Shown: piece by piece, positions 1-9,000 of the stretch | Layout of the letters: each line of letters starts with the position of its first letter | How positions within the stretch are numbered: position 1 is the stretch's first letter | Assembly: GCA_002269645.1 (NCBI GenBank) | Contig: NIVC01001501.1 | Coordinates: 1 to 35,230, forward strand | Reading direction: 5' to 3' | From: Macrostomum lignano | Lineage: Eukaryota | DNA: 35,230 nt | The notes under the pieces: model-generated | What the model was told of the DNA's origin: nothing | Seen by the model: the letters and a program-made list of their open reading frames with translations, nothing else | The model's database searches: none | Position numbers and translations under genes: made by a program

Positions 1-2444
1 GTATCATCATGCAGCTGTATATGAGATATTGTTGATTTTACATTAACTACTTTCTAAAACTTAAGGATAAAATCTATATAAAAGTGGGTAAGTGGCTGTA
101 CCATGAAACCCATGATGTTAAAGAGCAGCAATTGTCTTTTCATTAAAAACTTAAAGAACTAAAGATGCCTTCTGATGTTCCAGTGGAGATGGATAGCATG
201 ATTGTGGATTGTGTTGTAGGTTGAAAAATATAAAGCTATGATTTCTGCTCAGTATCGTTAGTATCGTTCCAATTAGCTTATAAATAGGCCTTTCTGTTGA
301 AAGTTGAAAGTCTATAATCTTTGTATCTTGAGTATTGTTGTGTCGTAACTAGGAGCCTGTAAAAGGGCCATTCGTCTAACTAACCTTTTCTTACTTTTTC
401 CTACTACTCTACTTTAAGTAGTGCAGTTAATAAATTATTCATATATTGTATTGTGAAACGTATTTTTAATCACCTGACATTTTGGCGGTTGAATTTATTG
501 ATTGTGTAACAATTTACTGTTAAATATCAAATATAAGCACGGGTTGCCCTAAGTGGAGCTCGCACTTTTTTTCTGGCAAAAAGTCTTACCTGCCACGTAT
601 TCGTGTTTCCTGTGTTAGTCTGCTGAGACACCACAAGTATACCAATTATTGCATATGTTTTTCAAAAGATGAACTGTGTTATATAATAGAAACAAAGGTA
701 GGCTTTGATCTACTAGGTTAATTACCTTTCAAGGTATATCCATGTTGTCCAATTGAAACTTGGTCGCAAATATGATAAATTAAATGATTGTCACAAATAA
801 GACTTACAACCTACCCATTGCATTGATTAATAACCCTAATTAGTTTCACAATTTGTTGGAATAAGAAGTTTGGTTTTAAACTATAAATAGAAATTAGCCT
901 AGCCATAAATGATTGGGTTCAGGGGCAAAGGGAGAGGGGGATAGGGGGTATATCCCCCCAAAGAGCCTGACCAAAACTTTTTTGTTACTCTTTGTTGCTA
1001 TACATGCTACCATGTGATTCTGTCATAGCACTTTTACCTTGGTGTATCCCCTCAGAAAATTCACCTTGGTGTATCTCCCCATAGGAAATTCCTCACTATG
1101 CCCCTGATTGGGCTCCTATGAATGGCTTTATCATTAAGGCAAGGATAGTACAAGCCAATTATGTTGTTATATTCCCAGCATAGCCAACTTTATGTCCACC
1201 TTGGAAATGAGCTAATAGTAGAATATACTGAGTATACTTTGTCTGTTTGTCAAAAATAATAATACACAACTTCTATGATGGCCAAAATGTGTACTCACAA
1301 TGGTTTGACAATCTAAGTCTATTCCGATGTTACTAAGACCACATTTAGAGCTTTAGAGTTGTAGCATGGGGTAGGCTCCTTGTTGACCAATAGGCATTAA
1401 TGCCAGATAGGAAAATCTTCATAGCAGTTAAAATGTCTATTGAATTATAATAGTGCCCATTTGATAATAAGGACAATTCCAGTTGATGAAAAAGAAATAG
1501 TTGCTTAGAGCTATATGGAAACTTTTGAAAAGTTATCACACTAGACTTGATTTAATCACTAACTATCAATGGGGCTTGCTTGACCCTATTTACAATAGCT
1601 TCAAGTTGACTAAAGTATTCTAGTTTCTATTGAAATCCTAGGAGGTCAGTTACCCTGACAACACTTTTTTGTCAATAGACCTAACAGTAAAGTCACAATT
1701 AATACAGATATAGAACTCAATAGCACATTCAAATATCGTCAAGAACAAAACATTTGAATCCAATACTTGTATTAGCCAGCCAACTAAAAAGGGAAAAGCT
1801 AAAGCAGCAACTTTGAAGGCATTCCACAAATATATTCAATCTGTTTTATTAAATGCAGGCAATTCATCTGGTTGCTGACCATGCTGTGACAAAGAAATGC
1901 CTCTTTTAGTAGCCTACCTTGATTTCTCTAGAAAAACTTAAAGTACAAATAACAACCAATTATAAAAGGCAATCCAACTTAAGCTATAGCTAAATTAACA
2001 TGCTGTATGATTGAGTATATTATTTTATTGTAATAATTTACTTGGATATATTTGGCACATATCACTTTTCTTAGCCAATTGAAAAATAGAAGGTGGGTCC
2101 CTAGGTCTTGTAAACTGCTTGACTTTTACCATGGGGGCATCATCTTCCCAATGCTTTTAAAAAATGCCCATGAACTTAGAGCCATTTGGAAATTTAGATA
2201 TTACTTTAAAAGTTGAATATTTTTATGTAATTCTTAATTATTCAAAAAATATTAATCACTATTATTTACTTTTAAAGAAAAAAGCTATTCATTAAAAGGT
2301 CATTTTATTCACCTTAATAGATAATGGCAATGCATTAATCCATTGGCAATGCTTAGCCTCATCCTTAGGAAAGCTAAATATAGCTACCTTATCTTCATTG
2401 CAATAATTACTTCTACAAGATGGTACACAACATTTCATGGGCAT
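1..2444 (-). mobile_element. Decayed P-element-superfamily (THAP-domain) transposase gene, intron-containing, running off the left edge
   Basis: Minus-strand translation gives a THAP start MPMKCCVPSCRSNY..FSFPKDEAKHCQWINALP (ATG 2444) and KHWEDD..RPRDPPSIF (~2156-2085). It continues with LELSLLSNGHYYNS..SGINAYW..LPHATTLK (ORF 1345-1539), KLCIIIFD (~1272-1246, first catalytic Asp), GGHKVGYAGN..LA.TILALMIKPF, VVSLICDNH (~810-784, second Asp), FLLYNTVHLLKNICNNW (~690-640) and YPSPLEHQKASLVL*VFNEKTIAAL (~195-120). Stops and frameshifts throughout; CAG|GTAAGA donor at 589. Confidence 0.85.
920..1106. mobile_element. 187-bp MITE (8-bp TSD, hAT-like) inserted into the P-element transposase
   Basis: Termini CAGGGGC..(920) and ..GCCCCTG (1106) are inverted repeats. 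Flanks ATTGGGTT (912-919) and ATTGGGCT (1107-1114) form a near-perfect 8-bp TSD. Removing the element rejoins the transposase frame (IKPFIGA|QSFMARLI). Confidence 0.8.
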
Positions 2445-2504
2445 GGTTTGATAACTTTATTGTGAGTACATTGAAATTATTAAATCTATAAACAAAAAAG
2501 TTGA

Positions 2505-2800
2505 AACATCAGCACCAAGTCTTCTGGTTGGCAGTGAGGCAGTGGGGATCCACCAGACACACCTCTTTTGCACTCAAAGGTGTTGGTGCAGTATCTCATT
2601 AAGTGCCTCCAATCCAATCTCTAGGCTTGTCTTGAGCTGGCGGTAAGTGATTTGAGGATCCTCCAAGATAAGCCATTTTGCCTCATTAATGTTTTGCTGA
2701 ATAACTGCAGTTGCAGGCCTATCACAACAGGGTATTTTTCTCTGTCTCTATAAATCCCATTGTTATGTCACCAAAGTTGTGCTAGGACTGTTTTCTCTAT
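2505..2800 (-). mobile_element. Tc1/mariner transposase fragment 1 (N-terminal HTH region), decayed
   Basis: Translation PCCDRPATAVIQQNINEAKWLILEDPQITYRQLKTSLEIGLEALNEILHQHL*VQKRCVWWIP[H]CLTANQK matches the mariner pattern PRSGRP..I..D.RITYRQ....IG......ILH.HL...K...RWVPH.LT..QK. One frameshift at 2542-2555. Confidence 0.8.
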
Positions 2801-3049
2801 TAAAATCTCTCTATTGAGCCACTAAGCTATACTATCACTATTAGCTATTTCTTAGAATCAATCTGCAAATGTTATTTAATACAATCTTATGTATAGTCTG
2901 GTAGCATCTGATGTATAATAGCATTCTAGGTAGCATCTTATGTATTAGATGGCCTGGGCAGTCTAGTAATAGTATAGATAATGTCCAATTGTGCATTACT
3001 GAGATCAGAGTGTCACGGTGATAACTCTCAGTATTCCTTTAAATAATTC

Positions 3050-4480
3050 TCCAATTCCCACTCTTAATAACTCTTACACACTGTTATCAAGTTGGGATTT
3101 GAAATAAATAACATTTCGAACTCTGAGTATTTGTATTGAACTACTAGAGACTTTTAGTCTCATGAATGGGTTGCTTTATTTTTTGCAAAAATCACTCCTA
3201 TATATAGTGGATTTCTTTCATGCATTGAAACAAAAAAGTATTTTGTCAGTTTATTCATATAGTATAACAAAAGAAACTTAATTTTGGTGTCGCGCATGAA
3301 TTCAACTTCCTAAGAAACAAGTAGAATATTATTAGCACTACTTCACAAATTCTAAGTCAACTATGGCAAATTAGCATTTGAAGGCTTCTCCCCTTTGATA
3401 TAGGTAGGCAGCACTGGTGTCTTATAGTGTTATGTTTCCCTGTATTTCACCTTGGTAGTCAGGGTGTTAGAGGTTACACAGTAGGGCAGGATCAGTAGGA
3501 TGGCTAGGTTGTAATAGGCAAGTTTATTAGTAGCATATAAAATTTAAATTCTTAGAAACTCTAAACTTGGCTCCCTACCATTGATGCTGCTTGTTAGCTC
3601 TAGATCCTATGCCTTTCCATGTCCAAATGATTAGACTAGTTGAGTTGGGTAGAAGCCTAGCTAGGTTAGCATGTCTTATATGATGATGTGGAGAAAATGC
3701 TAGCTATAACTTTGGTGTTGCACTAGATTTAACATCAAATTAGTATCTGCTACAATTTTCCAGTAGCACTGCTAGGTAGCTAAGGATCTAAGACTTTACC
3801 ATACTATAGAAAGTCTGCTTAAGATAGAACAAGCTGCAATGAATGAGAGTTTGGCTATTGGTAAGCTTGGTAGTAATGGCCATAAAATGTTGAAATTGTA
3901 AATAGTTAAAAGAATTGGCCAAAGGCACATATGAGAACTGCAAAACAATGGTACACCATCAATATTGATATAAATTGTAATATATATATGTCTCCTTCAA
4001 ATAAAGCAGTCCAGATTAGAGACTGTAGGATATTTTTCATAATGCCATAGTAGGAAAAGTCACCAAAAGGCATAATAAAATAGGTAAAACTTGACTTTCT
4101 GCATGGCTTCTTCAAAATTGCTATAGAAAATGGAACATCAAGACCAAAGCAGACTAGAAGGTGCCATGGTCAAAGGTGCTGATGTCAAATGGCAACATGA
4201 ATGAAAATAATAACTCTTTAGACAGCATCAAATCAGACACAGTGTACTTTCTTAGAGGCCAATGTATTATCAGAAGGCCCTAAGTGAAGTATAGGATCTT
4301 CCTCCTCCTTTGATATCATTTCACTTCTAGATAGGTTGATAGCAAGGGCACTAGGCCTATCAGTGCCAACATTGGATACATTAGCAATGTTCAAATCAGT
4401 GCTTGTTAAAAGATCTAGCACATGCTGTCTAACATGCCAGTTTAAAAGATACTGATCAGATGATGATGATAGCATAAGTT
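3050..4480 (-). mobile_element. Probable CACTA/EnSpm(CMC)-type transposase relic
   Basis: IYINIDGVPLFCSSHMCLWPIL (~3975-3905) fits the N[I/V]DG.PLF.SS...WPI first-Asp motif of animal CMC-type transposases. Weaker matches TKSL..KYSEFEMLF (~3160-3105) resemble PRSL..WKASE..FL. Boundaries uncertain. Confidence 0.55.
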
Positions 4481-4744
4481 AGATAACTTGCTAAATAACC
4501 TTGTTTGATAAGATTGGCTATTGACTGAAACTGCATAATGAGCAAGGATTTAAGACTAAGATATTATTTTATATCTTTAAGTCTATATACTAATTTACTC
4601 TAAAATACAAATAAAATTTTATTGTGAAATACTCACGACCATACTATGGCTTGCAAAATATATGTTCCAAATCAAATCTTAGAATAAAAAACATTTTGTG
4701 AAAAATTAAATGATTAATAGGATAGACTAAACTAGTTGCTCACT

Positions 4745-5400
4745 GTGATCTATTTACTTAAGTTCTACAGTGTCTGGAGGCATTGCAATTTTGTAGGTTG
4801 ATTCTGCCACTTAGGAAACATGCTCTCTGCTTCTCTATAACTATGACCACAACTTTTAGTAGAACCTCACTGGTATAAAATATGGCATCGATGTTCTATC
4901 CATTTGGCACCATGACATCTGTCTCTAGATGGCAAAGGAGAAAAATATCAGCTTTCATGAATGAATTCCAAGGCAACAGAACTGTTGGTCTTTATCAGCC
5001 CAGATCCTAGCATTGTTTTGGTTTTTGTCAGGCACTTGGAAGTAATAGATCCACTTCTTATCACCTGTCAATATATTAGTAAGTCACTTGGTACTTCTTT
5101 GGTAATTTTTTACTATAGCAAACCTGCATCTAATCTAGAGTCAGTGTGATGCAACCAGTAGCAGTGAACTTGTTAAGGGCAAGGCGTTTATGCAATATAG
5201 TGCAAACATTTCCATTAAATATGCCAATCATCCAGCTACTCAAAGTGACTCAAATTTTTTGGATTCAAGTCCATCAGCTCTTGCACTGGCACAATGTTCT
5301 GCTTGGCCATGGATATGATTGGCCTTCTACAATGGCCTTGAGGTCTCCTTTATTTTGTGGTATTTCCATATAAATGAAAGCTTATTGACCCATCATAACT
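4745..5400 (-). mobile_element. Tc1/mariner transposase fragment 2 (HTH plus first two catalytic motifs), decayed
   Basis: GHCRRP (from R.GRP), IGIFNGNVCTILHKRLAL, NILTGDKKWIYYF (5051-5068 = TGDE.W motif), and VPNG*NIDAIFYTSEVLLKV..INLQNCNASRH (degenerate HDNA motif). Confidence 0.75.
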
Positions 5401-5762
5401 TTATTAGAAAGCAAACTAATTTATTATTAATATTTAAAATTTAAATTTTTGCACAGTAACACCTTAACACAATTATGATAAGTCCAAACTAATTGCCTAC
5501 CTATAAATTGCTGACTCCTGCAAAGCTCTCATTTGGCCAAGATCTGGCTAAAGCAGATTGCTGCCCAGACAACTTCTGCATTGGTTGCTTCGCTGCAACA
5601 CAGACAAATCAAGCCAGCTTCAATCTTCATAAATAACAAGTCCATAGTGGGCGTCTCGCCCGTCTCAATAGATTAATACTCTATCGCGTGTTTCATTATT
5701 GCTACAACTTAAACAAACGAAAAAGCGACACGAAAGTAAGCCAGGCTTGATAATTGCGCGGC

Positions 5763-6038
5763 ATGCACCAGCACCATTCTGGGGGCAGTGCTGGCAGCGG
5801 CGGCGGCAGCGGCCAGCAGCAGTACCAGCAGCAGCAGCAGTCGCGCGGCGATCTGTCCCGCTGGTTTCACGGCGAAGTTGGTCGGGAAGAGACGGAACGC
5901 CGGCTAAAAGCTCAAGGCGGCTTAGGCACATTTCTAGTGCGGTATTCCCATTCCACTAATAAATTTGTGCTATCCGTGCTGTGCGACTCGGCGTCCTATC
6001 ACTATCCGATTGACGAGCTGCCGGATGGCTTCTACCAG
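5763..6038 (+). CDS. shark: SHARK exon 1 (N-terminal SH2)
   Basis: ATG 5763; MHQHH..WFHGEVGREETERRL..GTFLVRYS..FYQ; donor CAG|GTGACT at 6039. Confidence 0.88.
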
Positions 6039-9000
6039 GTGACTGGTGTCTCGTATGCTCGTCTGTTTAACCGTCTGTTCACTGCTCTCTCCCGTTATCA
6101 AACCCCACCTCAGTCTCCCATTATTAAACCAACCTCAGTCTCCCATTATCAAACCCCGACCTCAATCTCCCATTATCAAACACCAACATCAGTCTCCCAT
6201 TATCAAACCCCGACCTCAATCTCCCATTATCAAACCCCGACCCCAGTCTCCCATTATCAAACCCTGACCTCAGTCTCCCATTATCAAACCCTGACATCAG
6301 TCTCCCATTATCAAACCCTGACCTCAGTCTCCCATTATCAAACCCTGACCTCAGTCTCCCATTATCAAACGCCGACCTCAGTCTCCCATTATCTAACCCC
6401 GACCTCGGCCTCAAGTTCAATTCCCCCCCCCCCAAACTCAGGTTCACGGCACCTCTGCCAAATACCTCGGGATCGACTTGTTGGTGTCGGAGTTTCGTCG
6501 AACGGACAATTCCATTGTGTGCCAGCTGAGTCGGCCTGTCATAGCCCAGCCTCCTCCGCCCGCCATCACCGTATACGGCTCAACCAATGCTTTGCACCTG
6601 GCAGCCAGGCGGGCCAACATGGCGGAGGTGCGCCGGGTGCTCATGCAGCTGCAGGTGAGCTCCAAGGGAAAGATGAAGGACCAGTAGTAGATATATCTAT
6701 AGTGGTGATTAAGGACCAGCTCATGCACAGGTAGTGGTGATTAAGGACCAGCTCATGCACAGGTAGTGGTGATTAAGGACCAGCTCATGCACAGGTAGTG
6801 GTGATTAAGGACCAGCTCATGCACAGGTAGTGGTGATTAAGGACCAGCTCATGCACAGGTAGTGGTGATTAAGGACCAGCTCATGCACAGGTAGTGGTGA
6901 TAAAGGACCAGCTCATGCACAGGTAGAGGTGATTAAGGACCAGCTCATGCACAGGTAGAGGTGATTAAGGACCAGCTCATACAAAGGTGGGGGTGATTAG
7001 GGACGAGCTCATGCACAGGTAGAGGTAACCAAGGAATCCTCCGCTCCGCAGTCTGGCGGCACCTGCGACCCGCTAATGCTGAACGAGAAGTCCAGCGACA
7101 ACGGCGCAACGCCGCTGATTGAAGCGGCCAAGACTGGCAGCAACGACGTGGTGAAGCTGCTGCTGGAGGCCGGCGCCGAGACCGGCCTGCGGGATTGCGC
7201 TGGGTTTACAGCTCTGCACCGGGCTGTGCAGCGATCCTTCGCTCACGTGGCCGAGACGCTGCTCAAGCTGGGCCGGGCGAGTCCGCAGGTGAGCTGCTTT
7301 GATGGGGCAAGGATAACTGTAGGAATTGTGTGCATTCTGCTCTTTTTAAACTGTACTTTTTTGCTGTCTACTTGCTGAGATTCTGCCATCTACTCCCTGA
7401 GATTCTGCCATCTACTCCCTGAGATTCTGCCATCTACTCCCTGAGATTCTGCCATCTACTCCCTGAGATTCTGCCATCTACTCCCTGAGATTCTGCCATC
7501 TAACTTCCTGAGATTCTGCCATCTACTCCCTGAGATTCTGCCATCTACTTCTGAGATTCTGCCATCTACTTCTGAGGTTCTGCAATCTACTTGCTGAGAT
7601 TCTGCAATCTACTTGCTGAGATTCTGCCATCTACTCCCTGAGATTCTGCCATCTACTCCCTGATATACTGCCATCTACTCCCTGAGATTCTGCCATCTAC
7701 TCCCTGAGATTCTGCCATCTACTCCCTGAGATTCTGCCATCTACTCCCTGAGATTCTGCCATCTCCCTGAGATTCTGCCATCTAACTTCCTGAGATTCTG
7801 CCATCTAACTTCCTGAGATTCTGCCATCTACTCCCTGAGATTCTGCCATCTACTCCCTGAGATTCTGCCATCTACTCCCTGAGATTCTGCCATCTAACTT
7901 CCTGAGATTCTGCCATCTAACTTCCTGAGATTCTGCCATCTACTCCCTGAGATTCTGCCATCTACTCCCTGAGATTCTGCCATCTACTCCCTGAGATTCT
8001 GCCATCTAACTTCCTGAGATTCTGCCATCTACTCCCTGAGATTCTGCCACCTACTCCCTGATATACTGCTATCTACTTCCTGAGATTCTGCCATCTAACT
8101 TCCTGAGATTCTGCCATCTACTCCCTGAGATTCTGCCATCTACTCCCTGAGATTCTGCCATCTAACTTCCTGAGATTCTGCCATCTAACTTCCTGAGATT
8201 CTGCCATCTACTCCCTGAGATTCTGCCATCTAACTTCCTGAGATTCTGCCATCTACTCCCTGAGATTCTGCCATCTACTCCCTGAGATTCTGCCATCTAC
8301 TCCCTGAGATTCTGCCATCTACTCCCTGAGATTCTGCCATCTAACTTCCTGAGATTCTGCCATCTAACTTCCTGAGATTCTGCCATCTACTCCCTGAGAT
8401 TCTGGTATTTACTACTTGACATTCTGCTATCTACTACCTTGAGATTCTTCCATCTACTTCCTAACATTCTGCCATCTCACTTCTTGAGATTCTGTCATCT
8501 GCTTCTGAGATTCTGCCATCTGACTTCCTGACATTTCCTGACATTCTGCCATCTACTTTTTTGTGATATCGCTATCTCAGCAAATGCGGTATTCCCAAGT
8601 CGGAATTCCGAGGCTGTGCATACTCTTACCGGCTCCGGCCCCGCCACCGCGCCGCAGGTCCGCTGCCCGTTCTCCGGCAACACACCGCTGCACGAGGCGG
8701 CCGTGCTGGGCCACGCCGACTGCGTCAACACGCTGCTCCGCTTCCACGCCGCTCCGCATCCGCGCAACTGCGACGGCGAGCTGCCCTACGAGCTGGCGCT
8801 GAGATTCGGATTCGCCGAGCTGGCCGAGGCCATGGCGAACTACCGCTGCCCCTCACCGCTCACCTGCCTGGTGGACTGGTTCCACTCTGACCTGTCCAAG
8901 CAGGACACCGAGGCGGCGCTTCGTCGGCACCGCGATCCGCCCGACGATGGCACCTTCTTGCTTCGGCGCTCGTCTGCCGGCGATCGCAAACTGGTCCTGT

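Noticed and set aside
3511-3675. Back-mutated D.PAR second-Asp motif of the CMC transposase
   Set aside because: Two different places can be made to fit by reversing several transitions, so the reconstruction is not discriminating and is not used as evidence.
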